Source: Fimbriimonadia bacterium
GTDB lineage: Bacteria > Armatimonadota > Fimbriimonadia > Fimbriimonadales > JABRVX01
Reading direction: 5' to 3'
Length of the DNA stretch: 64,000 nt
NCBI GenBank assembly: GCA_041483895.1
Contig: JBGPGO010000004.1
Span: 172,590-236,589, forward strand
Below the pieces are notes generated by a model. The model was not told the origin of the DNA, ran no database searches, and saw nothing but the letters and a program-made list of their open reading frames with translations. Shown here in pieces: positions 1-8,328 of the stretch (position 1 is the first letter of the stretch; every line of letters starts with the position of its first letter). Both the position numbers and the translations under genes were made by a program.

Positions 1-274
1 GCCGTTCCAGCTCCGGTCCGCCACTGAGGATCCGGATTCCGCCGGGCCCTTCAGTGATCACGTGGTCCAGCGTTCGGCGGCCGGACAGCATTTCGGAAAG
101 GGTGCCCGTCGGCGCAACGCCGAGGATATCGAGGAGTTCGGAGCGTCCCAGATCCAAATCCAAGAGCAAGGAGTCGTGACCATGCTGCTGCAGGGCGATC
201 GCCAGGTTCGCGGCGATTTGGCTGCGCCCCAGACCAGCGCGGCCCCCGGTTACGAAGATCGAATAGCAGTCCAC
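1..274 (-). CDS. MinD/FlhG-like P-loop ATPase, N-terminal part (runs off the window), degenerate Walker A
   Basis: Manual translation from GTG at 274: MDCYSIFVTGGRAGLGRSQIAANLAIALQQHGHDSLLLDLDLG...TLSEMLSGRRTLDHVITEGPGGIRILSGG, which follows the FlhG/MinD N-terminus. Not in the ORF track because it is truncated by the window edge. Confidence 0.8.
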   Translation of the reverse strand, partial: MDCYSIFVTGGRAGLGRSQIAANLAIALQQHGHDSLLLDLDLGRSELLDILGVAPTGTLSEMLSGRRTLDHVITEGPGGIRILSGGPELER

Positions 275-276
275 GG

Positions 277-1674
277 CTAGCCTGCCCTTCTTCGGTGGGA
301 ATCGGACAGATACTCCGCGACCCCGGCATCCCCGGAGAGATCCGGCCAATGCTGGGTGAGCAGCTCCTCGGAAAGCGACAGAGTATCTGGGAAGCGCCCA
401 TGCCGCTCCTTGGCGCATGCCCGCAAGATGAGGCGATTGAGCTGCGCAGGAAGGTCCTCGGAGGGCACAACGGCTCCCTCCATCACCATCTGCGAGACGG
501 CCGCGACGCTGTTGCCAGGGAAGGCCGGTCTGCCAACTGTGGTTTCGAACAGCAGCGTGCCCAACGAGAAGATGTCGCTTCGCTGATCCATGGGCAGACC
601 CGCCAACTGCTCGGGCGATAGATACCGGTAATCCTCAACCGGGATAGTCGACTTGTTAAGCTGTTCGGACGGACTGAGCTTGATGTCCAAGTGCGTCAAC
701 CTCAGCTCTTCGCCGGCAAGGATAACGCAATTGGACGGTGACAAGCTCTGATAGACCAGTTGCGAGCCATGGAGGTATCGCAGAGCCTCACAAATCTGCA
801 GCCCGAGTTCACAGACGCTGGACACAGAGAGCCGATGTTCGCGGTCCAGGCGCTCCCGAATTGTCTCGCCCGGCAACGATTCGCTCACGACGAAGCGAAG
901 GCCATTGACCTCCCCGACATCGTGAATCGTTAGGATATTGCGATGCGGGAAGCGGGCCAGCCACATGCTGTGCTCCAAGAAGCGCTGGGAGCGGCGGAAC
1001 TCCTCTTCGTTCGTACTGGGTCGGACGACGGCAACCAGCACGCGGCGGAGAAGCCGCGTGTCGTCGGCCTCGTAGAATGCAACAGTTGGTTCGTTCCATC
1101 GGACATTGACGAGCCAGTAGTGAAGGAACATGCTTCCCGGCTGAATCGGGAGAGCAGATTCGGTCGAAACTGCGCAATAGCGACGATCCAGCTCGGCCAA
1201 GATCTCGTTGGGGGTTGATATGACGTATTGCAAGTTACAATCTGCGGCGCTTTCGATGGCCTCTGTGGCGTCTTGGTCCGCCGGATCCGCGGTCGCACAG
1301 TGGAGGGTTGAGCCGGTTCGGCGCAATGGAACGACCAGATGATGTCGCGCCAGGTCTTCCGGTACAGAGAGAACGGCGCTAGTGTCCATGGGAAATAGCT
1401 CGAATCGAGCGATATCCAGGTCGTATCGGAGGCAGATGGCTCGGGCCACCTGGTCGGCGGATACGTGACCTTCATCCACCAGCAACTCACCCAAGCGCAA
1501 GCCAGGCTGGCAGTTGCGTTTGAGAAAGGCTTCCCAGTCCTTTTGTGCGATATCCCCGCATGCGGTCAGGATTTCTCCCAGCCGCTCATATCCAGAGGCT
1601 TCCAATCGAGCGCCCTGCCTTTCGTGGTCTCTCGATTGATTATCGGCGGAAGGGAGTGGAGGGCTCCGTTCCAT
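277..1674 (-). CDS. MshEN/GspE-N domain fused to a Ser/Thr kinase-like pseudokinase
   Basis: Tandem RLGEIL...RLGELLVDEG motifs and a T2SSE_N-like region (VPEDLARHHLVVPL..ATADP). Kinase fold retains YLSPEQ and DQRSDIFSLG but lacks VAIK, HRD and DFG. Start uncertain because it overlaps a palindrome. Confidence 0.8.
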   Translation of the reverse strand: MERSPPLPSADNQSRDHERQGARLEASGYERLGEILTACGDIAQKDWEAFLKRNCQPGLRLGELLVDEGHVSADQVARAICLRYDLDIARFELFPMDTSAVLSVPEDLARHHLVVPLRRTGSTLHCATADPADQDATEAIESAADCNLQYVISTPNEILAELDRRYCAVSTESALPIQPGSMFLHYWLVNVRWNEPTVAFYEADDTRLLRRVLVAVVRPSTNEEEFRRSQRFLEHSMWLARFPHRNILTIHDVGEVNGLRFVVSESLPGETIRERLDREHRLSVSSVCELGLQICEALRYLHGSQLVYQSLSPSNCVILAGEELRLTHLDIKLSPSEQLNKSTIPVEDYRYLSPEQLAGLPMDQRSDIFSLGTLLFETTVGRPAFPGNSVAAVSQMVMEGAVVPSEDLPAQLNRLILRACAKERHGRFPDTLSLSEELLTQHWPDLSGDAGVAEYLSDSHRRRAG

Positions 1675-1719
1675 CGGAGCCGGTTCTTGCGTGCGGCTCC
1701 GATGGAACGGAGCCCTCCA
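1657..1719. repeat. REPIN-like perfect 26-bp inverted repeat
   Basis: TGGAGGGCTCCGTTCCATCGGAGCCG (1657-1682) and its exact reverse complement (1694-1719). Each arm is GGAG plus a short hairpin. Confidence 0.85.
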
Positions 1720-1722
1720 AAC

Positions 1723-2259
1723 CTAGAATCTGTATCCGATGGTCGAGAAGAAGCCGTTGATGTTGACCCCGCCCGCGCTGGGATAGAGGGAGTAGCCGCC
1801 GCGGATGGCGATACGGTCTCCAAACATGAAACCGGCAAAAATGCTTGCTCCTACGCCAAGTTGGGTGTCCGTGCCACTGCCGGGCTGAAAGTCTCCGCCA
1901 TTGTCCGCGAAGGCCACTCTGCTGGAGAAAATGCCCACGTCGAAGCCGGCGAACGGCCCCTTGTCGCGCCCGTACCACGCATAGCGCAAGAAGGCGCCTC
2001 CAGCCTGGACTTCATTGCCGGAATCCTTCCGGCCTGTCCAGCTGAAACCGACGGAGGTCTTTGCACCGGACGGGCTTGTGATGAGGTCCAGCGTAATATC
2101 CGCTAAGAATGTCGTGTCGCCGATCAGGGCTTGTGTTTCTTCCTGGGGGAAAAACGCTCCGGCCTCAATGTTCCATCGATGCTGATCGTCCGCAAAAGCT
2201 GCGGAGGTGATGGCGGCCACAACGAAAAGCAGACCGCCGCGAATTGCGAATCCCTTCAT
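1723..2259 (-). CDS. Small outer-membrane beta-barrel protein
   Basis: Signal peptide MKGFAIRGGLLFVVAAITSAAFA, alternating beta-strand pattern, C-terminal GYRF. Start placed at the ATG preceded by an SD-like AAGGG. Confidence 0.7.
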   Translation of the reverse strand: MKGFAIRGGLLFVVAAITSAAFADDQHRWNIEAGAFFPQEETQALIGDTTFLADITLDLITSPSGAKTSVGFSWTGRKDSGNEVQAGGAFLRYAWYGRDKGPFAGFDVGIFSSRVAFADNGGDFQPGSGTDTQLGVGASIFAGFMFGDRIAIRGGYSLYPSAGGVNINGFFSTIGYRF

Positions 2260-2359
2260 AATCGCACCCTTCTTCCCTAAAGAGTTACCGCTAATTGTAC
2301 CGGCGCAACTGCTTACCCTGCAATTGCTGGGGAAACTATACCCACATCGGGGAGATTTG

Positions 2360-2577
2360 GTGTTGGGGTCTTGGGTTTTCGTGGCTTGTATGGGTTGTCC
2401 AGTTCCGTGTTGGGGTCTTGAGTGTTTGGCGCTTGAGAGGTCGCAGTAGGCAAGGACCCCAACACAACAACGCCCACAGGGGAGAGGACCCCAACACATC
2501 GTAGGTTATTCGGTTCAGGGTTGGGGTCTTGGGTTTTCGGCGCTTGAGCAGTTGCGGCAGGCGAGGACCCGAACACA
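2360..2577. repeat. Cluster of nested inverted repeats (GTTGGGGTCTTG / GGACCC(C/G)AACACA)
   Basis: Three forward copies (~2360, 2407, 2519) and three reverse copies (~2454, 2486, 2565). A ~58-bp unit is repeated at 2409-2466 and 2520-2577. Confidence 0.8.
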
Positions 2578-2612
2578 TCACTGGCCACTGGTAGCAGGTA
2601 GAATCGTTACCT

Positions 2613-3720
2613 ATGGATCAATCAATGATCGAAGCGCTGTCCAAGGCGAAGCCTCGCCTGGACGCTATCGGACAACATCTTTGACGTAGCCGGAACGGTT
2701 ACGCAGATTGCCACGCTGGAAAAAGAGCAAAATCGACCCGATTTCTGGGACAACCCCGACGCCGCACAGAAGATCCTCCGCAAACTCTCGGCTCTTAAGT
2801 CACGAATCGAGCCGGTCGAGCGTCTAACGAAGCAGCTATCGGACATTCAGGAGTTCCGCGGCCTGCTCGAAATGGACGGAGACCCGGCCATGGAGGCGGA
2901 GATCGAGGAGACCGCCAAAGGCCTCTTAGCGAACCTGGAACGCCTCGAATTCGAGACATTGCTGTCCGGGCCTTATGACCAAGGTCCCGCCATTGTGACC
3001 ATTAACGCGGGCGCAGGTGGAACCGAGTCCTGCGACTGGGCATCTATGTTGCTAAGAATGTACACCCGCTGGGCGCAGCTTCGCGGCTTTTCATTCGAGA
3101 TAATAGATGAATCGCCCGGCGACGTAACGGGATATCGGAGCGTAATGGGAATTGTGGAAGGCCGGTATGCGTACGGGTATTTGATGGCCGAACGAGGCGT
3201 GCACCGATTGGTGAGAATTTCACCGTTCGATGCCGCCGGGAAGCGCCACACATCGTTCGCGATGGTGGACGTGATTCCAGAGGTGACTGATGGTGAGGTC
3301 AATATCAAATCGGAAGAACTTCGCATCGATACCTATCGGGCCAGCGGCGCGGGCGGCCAGCATGTTAATAAGACCGATTCCGCGGTCCGGATTACGCACA
3401 TTCCGACCGGCATCGTGGTGACCTGCCAGAATGAACGGTCCCAATTGAAGAACCGATCGACCGCGATGAAAGTCCTAGAGTCGAGACTCGCGGACCTGGA
3501 ACGGGATAAAACGGAGACGAAGCTGAAACAATTGCGGGGAGAGGTCCCGCCTGCCGAATGGGGCCATCAGATACGTTCGTACGTTTTGCACCCGTACTCG
3601 ATGGTGAAAGACCATCGGACGAATTATGAAACGGGGAACACGAGCGCCATATTGGACGGCGAGCTTGACCCATTTATGGAAGCCTATTTGCGAATGACGC
3701 CGGGAGAGCGGAAGGAGTAA
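2613..3720 (+). CDS. prfB: Peptide chain release factor 2, programmed +1 frameshift
   Basis: ATG2613 MDQSMIEALSKAKPRLDAIGQHL, then CTT TGA C (2679-2685). The +1 frame continues DVAGT...PDFWDNP into the ORF carrying the SPF and GGQ motifs. Confidence 0.97.
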
Positions 3721-4337
3721 TGATAATGCGACGCGCAGGTGCGTTGGTAGTGATACTATTGGGAGCGATGGCTTGGAGCCAGGCGCCGGATTTGGCGAGC
3801 GCCGGGAGTGCGTATTCCCCCGCCGCCAGCATTGTGGTTGACGCGATTCGGGCGGCTGCGAAATCGGATATCGCCGTCCAGGCAGCCGGGTTCTTCGCGG
3901 ACGGGAAGCTGCCTGCGAAGGTAGATGCCGACGCGCTCAACAAAATGCTTTCATATCCCGGCGAAGAGATCACGGTTCTCACCCTAACCGGCGATCAGGT
4001 CAAGAAGGCAATGGAGCGGTCCCTGAGCCTGCTGCCGCAGTCCAATCGGCAGTTCCTCCAGGTCTCCGGCATGACGGTCACCTATTCGGCGAGCGCCCCG
4101 GTGCAGTCGCGCGTGAAGAAGATTCTTGTCGACGGCGCGCCTCTATCCGACACCGCGAAATACACGGTTGCGATGCCGGCCACCCTCGCCCGCGGCGCTC
4201 TCGGATACTTCACGATTTGGAAAAAGGAGCAGATCACGTCGCAAACGGGCGTCACCGTGGAAGCCGCGGTGCGGGAATACCTAAAGGGAAAGAGCTCCTG
4301 GCCGATCGGAGAGACGAACCGAATTGTGGGTGAATAG
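3720..4337 (+). CDS. Secreted protein with a 5'-nucleotidase C-terminal domain
   Basis: Signal peptide; LTGDQVKKAMERS, FLQVSGMTVTY, RVKKILVDG, YTVAM..LARG match the 5'-NT C-domain. No metallophosphoesterase domain. Confidence 0.8.
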   Translation: MIMRRAGALVVILLGAMAWSQAPDLASAGSAYSPAASIVVDAIRAAAKSDIAVQAAGFFADGKLPAKVDADALNKMLSYPGEEITVLTLTGDQVKKAMERSLSLLPQSNRQFLQVSGMTVTYSASAPVQSRVKKILVDGAPLSDTAKYTVAMPATLARGALGYFTIWKKEQITSQTGVTVEAAVREYLKGKSSWPIGETNRIVGE

Positions 4338-4338
4338 A

Positions 4339-5283
4339 ATGTTTTTGCTCGCTCTTGCTTTGCTTTTTGGAGGGTGCAATTCCGCGCCGCAGGCAACCGG
4401 GGACGGGACCGGTTCCGCGCCACAGCATGTCACGAAGGAGGCGCCCAACCCGACGCCAAAAACCGATTTTGATGGAGCGAAGGCATACGAGCTGCTCAAG
4501 AAGCAGGTGGCGTTTGGGTACCGGGTGCCGGGAACTCCAGCCCATGACAAATGCCTGGACTGGATGGAGCAGACGCTGAAAGAATCCACGCCGAATGTGC
4601 ACCGGCAGCCGTTCACCGGGACCTACAAGGGCAAGAAACTTCTGATGACCAACCTGATCGCGCGGTTCAATCCTGACGCCAAGACACAGATACTGCTCTT
4701 GACCCACTGGGACACGAGGCCGATCGCCGACCAGGACCCGATCCCGGAGAACAAAAAGAAACCGATACCCGGCGCGAACGACGGGGCCTCCGGCACTGCG
4801 GTCTTCATGGAGCTTGCGCGCTCCTTTGGGAAGCGGGCGCCGGACGTTGGCGTCGTTTTGCTGTTTACGGACGGCGAAGATGTGGGCCCTGATATTGACA
4901 ACATGCTTCTCGGGGCGCGGTATTGGGCGAAGAATCAGATTCCCAGGGGAGTAAAGTACGGAATCTTGATCGACATGATCGGTGACAAGGACCTGCGGGT
5001 TCCGGTCGAGGAACACGGGTACGAAGTGGCAAGAGATGTCGTACAGAGGGTGTATGATACTGCCAAGCGCCTTTCGCTGGAAAGCACATTCCCCTACGAG
5101 GGCGGCGGATTTATCGAGGACGATCATATACCGCTGAATGAGGCCGGAGTGAAGACGATCGATCTGATCGATTTCACCTATCCCTACTGGCATACTGTTG
5201 AAGATACTGTGGACAAATGCAGCGCGGCATCGTTGACAAAAGTGGGTGTATTGCTGGAAGCGTTGCTGCGCGAAGAAAAGTGA
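4339..5283 (+). CDS. M28 family peptidase / glutaminyl cyclase-like lipoprotein
   Basis: Lipobox LFGGC; motifs HWDTR, GANDGASG, DGED, DMIGD, DDHIP, YWHT. Confidence 0.9.
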   Translation: MFLLALALLFGGCNSAPQATGDGTGSAPQHVTKEAPNPTPKTDFDGAKAYELLKKQVAFGYRVPGTPAHDKCLDWMEQTLKESTPNVHRQPFTGTYKGKKLLMTNLIARFNPDAKTQILLLTHWDTRPIADQDPIPENKKKPIPGANDGASGTAVFMELARSFGKRAPDVGVVLLFTDGEDVGPDIDNMLLGARYWAKNQIPRGVKYGILIDMIGDKDLRVPVEEHGYEVARDVVQRVYDTAKRLSLESTFPYEGGGFIEDDHIPLNEAGVKTIDLIDFTYPYWHTVEDTVDKCSAASLTKVGVLLEALLREEK

Positions 5284-5343
5284 GTTAGACTGTAGTTGTA
5301 GGCGTACACTGTGCGCCGCTGGTTTTGCAAGGGAGTTGGCGAG

Positions 5344-5682
5344 ATGCATCGAGAGGATGTTCCGGCATTTTGCTTTGAATTAGATCGTGGAGCGAGGCTT
5401 CGAGTCAACGAGGCGTCGCTGAAATCTTGCGACCTGTGCGGCGCGCTCAATCTTCTGCAGAATGGCGAATGTTTCGTGTGCGGATGGCGCGGCCACTTCA
5501 GCCGGAACCAATCGGTGATTCACGAGACGTTGATCGAGCTGATCCGCAGTCTGCCTGAGGTATCGCCGCTGCACTTCACCGACGACCGCACATTGCGTCG
5601 CATTTTCCGGCGGCGTCCCTGGTGGGTGCGAATGGTGGATGCTGTGCGCTGGTGGTTTGAAGCGCCGCGATCAGTTCGGTAG
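5344..5682 (+). CDS. Hypothetical zinc-ribbon protein
   Basis: CDLC...CFVC pairs; start uncertain (5311 or 5344). Confidence 0.6.
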   Translation: MHREDVPAFCFELDRGARLRVNEASLKSCDLCGALNLLQNGECFVCGWRGHFSRNQSVIHETLIELIRSLPEVSPLHFTDDRTLRRIFRRRPWWVRMVDAVRWWFEAPRSVR

Positions 5683-6345
5683 CATCCAGTCCTTGATTTC
5701 GCTGTAGTGGCTCTTTCGCAGGTGCGGCTGCGTGCTGACACTCTTGACGATCTCTTGCATGAGTGGCACCATTTCCGCAAACCGTTCGGCGGTATCCGTT
5801 ACCTCAAGAAGATGTTGCCGGACGCGCTGATCGATTCCAAGCATCCCCGCCATCGCGAAGGAAAGCGAGCACGGGTCCGCAGAAAAGCGAACCTGAATCT
5901 TGAGATCCAGCCGCTCGGTCAGAAGATCCGCCAACTGCTTGAACGTGGATTTTGCCTCTTCCAGGACCTCCGCTTCGTCCTCATACCCGCACCAAGGCTG
6001 GTCCTCCACCGGCTGCACTTTGCCCACCAAGAAGGAACGGGAGCTGTCGAACTGCCGGATGCGAAATCGATCGGTGCCTTGCGCCACGATGTTCATGCGC
6101 CCATTTGCAAGACGGTCGACATCACGAATGACCGCCGCCGTGCCGACGAGATACGGTTCGGCTTCGTCATCGCCGACCTCATTGCCTGTGCGCAGGAGCA
6201 CCACGCCGAACGGCCCATCCCGCTCGATGCATTCGCTCATCATTTCCCGATACCGGTCCTCGAAGATGTGAAGAGCCATCAGCATGTTGGGGAACAACAC
6301 GCTGTTGAGCGGAAACAATGGCATCGATGTCAGCTTTTCGGGCAC
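5671..6345 (-). CDS. LON peptidase substrate-binding domain protein
   Basis: MPLFPLNSVLFP..LHIFEDRY..GPFGVV..GTAA..GRMNI..RFRI. Confidence 0.92.
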   Translation of the reverse strand: MPEKLTSMPLFPLNSVLFPNMLMALHIFEDRYREMMSECIERDGPFGVVLLRTGNEVGDDEAEPYLVGTAAVIRDVDRLANGRMNIVAQGTDRFRIRQFDSSRSFLVGKVQPVEDQPWCGYEDEAEVLEEAKSTFKQLADLLTERLDLKIQVRFSADPCSLSFAMAGMLGIDQRVRQHLLEVTDTAERFAEMVPLMQEIVKSVSTQPHLRKSHYSEIKDWMLPN

Positions 6346-6425
6346 GAGAGAAATATTACCACCGGTTCAGCCAGCGGGTTCGATGGCTACAACGCGTGCG
6401 AAGCGAGTATTGGAATTATGACGTA

Positions 6426-6899
6426 CTAGTTTGCAGCGAACGGGTCGTCCATCTGCCATGTTTCCTCATCTACATCCTTTTTGTCTCTGTTCTTCTCTGT
6501 CACTGAATTCCTTTCTTCGTAGTGATTGAGAAGCTCCAATAAGCCGAAGGTATTCGGACCTGTTCGCACGAAGATTTGGCTGTTTCTGGCGTACGAACCA
6601 AGCGATCCCGCGATGGAAGATCGTCTTTCCTTCGTATCATCTCTACCAAGACCTATTAGCAACTCACGAACATGGAGGGGCTCGCGCGCATCGAGAAGCA
6701 CCTTGCGGATATTTGCGACATCACTTCCCGGCCTTAGCTTGGTGTCGGGCTGGTCATTCTCCGGCGATCTAGGGAGAAACCTGAGGGCTTCCCTTAGGCC
6801 TAGGATGAACTGCTCCAGCTTTCCCACCTCAAGGCGAAGGCCCTCCAGCTTAGTCTGCTCCTTGGCAATTCTCTTCTCCAATTCCTTGCGGGCGCTCAT
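6426..6899 (-). CDS. Coiled-coil plus winged-helix (HARE-HTH-like) protein
   Basis: N-terminal coiled coil; VLLDAREPLHVRELL...IFVRTGPNTFGL wHTH signature. Confidence 0.6.
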   Translation of the reverse strand: MSARKELEKRIAKEQTKLEGLRLEVGKLEQFILGLREALRFLPRSPENDQPDTKLRPGSDVANIRKVLLDAREPLHVRELLIGLGRDDTKERRSSIAGSLGSYARNSQIFVRTGPNTFGLLELLNHYEERNSVTEKNRDKKDVDEETWQMDDPFAAN

Positions 6900-7016
6900 A
6901 ATGAGTCCATTATATCTCACGATGGAGAAAAAAGAGAGAAAAGTGAAAAACTTTTCGGTTGCAATGTTGACGATGGTATTATCAACGTCAGGACATGTCT
7001 CTTGGAGGCCTCGGCA

Positions 7017-7841
7017 ATGAGAATAGACACCGTGATAAATGAATTGGAAAGAGCCAAAATCGTTCCACCGAGCGGCCACGAATACTGGATGGGACGCGAC
7101 CTAATGAGTATTCTTGATTACGCTTCTTGGGAAAAATTCGAGGCTGTGATTGAAAGAGCCGTCGAAGCATGCAAGAGTCTAGACGAGTCAGTCGACAATC
7201 ATTTTCGCCGAACGGTGAAAAAGATAGAGGCTGCGAAGGGCGCGATGGTGCCCCGGGCGGACTATTAACTCGACAGATGGGCATGCTATCTGGTCGCGAT
7301 GAACGGCGATTCATCAAAAAAGCAAGTTGCGATCGCGCAGGCATATTTTGCCGTTCAGACACGTCGTCAGGAACTGAGTGACCAACTCAACGAGGACATG
7401 AAACGGCTTTCATTGCGCGAGCGAGTCCGGCAAGCACATTTAGCCTTATCAGGAGCGGCAAAGAATGCTGGCGTGATCAGATTCGACCAGTTTTACGCCG
7501 CTGGGTATCGGGGATTGTATGAAATGGGATTGAAAGATATCAAATCGAAGAAGGGTATTCCCGAACATGAGGAACTGATGGACTATGCTGGTCGCGAAGA
7601 ATTGGCTGCAAATGAATTTAAGCTGACTCAGACCGAAGCGAAGCTGAAACGGGAGAACGTCTCTGATGAATTGGCCGCCAGAGATGTCCACAAGAAGGTA
7701 GGAGCCGAAATCCGCACAGCAATCGAAAACGTCGGCGGCACCATGCCTGAAGATCTGCCGGCAGAACCGCCCATCAAGAGCATTCGCGAAAACGTCAGGA
7801 AGGCGTTACCAAAGTCGCCGTCACGAAAAAAGAACGAGTAG
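7017..7841 (+). pseudogene. dinD: DNA-damage-inducible protein D with an in-frame TAA at 7266-7268
   Basis: GGAGG SD then MRIDT..EYWMGRDLMSILDY..ADY*LDRWACYLVAMNGDSSK..AQAYFAVQTRRQE..ELAANEFKLTQTE..GGTMPEDLP; both halves are in the same frame. Confidence 0.85.
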
Positions 7842-7851
7842 GCGCCGCCTT

Positions 7852-8319
7852 TCAACTATAGATGAATGAATAGTAGTCCCAGTCCGGATCGGTCGCCATG
7901 CGGATGAAGGCGATCTGGCCCGAGTGATAATAGTCCTCCGAGCTGAGATATGTGATCGCCCTGCCGAGTTTCATCGGCATATCCCACAGACTGACTTCGG
8001 TATCGAGCGGGGTGTTTTGGTATCTCTGCTTGAGGAAGGCAAGCAGCTTTTCGTGCGATGCGGAAAGCATCATCCGGAGCTGATCGAGGTCGGTTTCTTC
8101 CACCTCAATCGAAGACCAGTCGGAATCGGCGCCGGCCTCCATCGACGCTTGGGCGGTCCTGTCCACCCACAGCATGTGCGCCACCGTTTCCCGCGCGCTC
8201 TTGCATTCCGGGTACGGCTTCCACTCCCACTGTTCTTCCGTCAGCCCTTCCATATGCCTCAAGAAGTGGGCGCGCGACGCCTGCTTTGCCTCGACTAGGT
8301 CCAGCGGTCCAAACGGCAT
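7852..8319 (-). CDS. DinB family protein
   Basis: LTEEQWEWKP..S..ETVAHM..EDYYHSGQI. Confidence 0.85.
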   Translation of the reverse strand: MPFGPLDLVEAKQASRAHFLRHMEGLTEEQWEWKPYPECKSARETVAHMLWVDRTAQASMEAGADSDWSSIEVEETDLDQLRMMLSASHEKLLAFLKQRYQNTPLDTEVSLWDMPMKLGRAITYLSSEDYYHSGQIAFIRMATDPDWDYYSFIYS

Positions 8320-8328
8320 GCCCGTATT

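Noticed and set aside
62..621. Plus-strand ORFs 62..280 and 295..621
   Set aside because: Antisense shadows of the MinD-like and pseudokinase genes.
2360..2577. Possible CRISPR array
   Set aside because: The repeats are short, in both orientations and irregularly spaced, and no cas genes are present.
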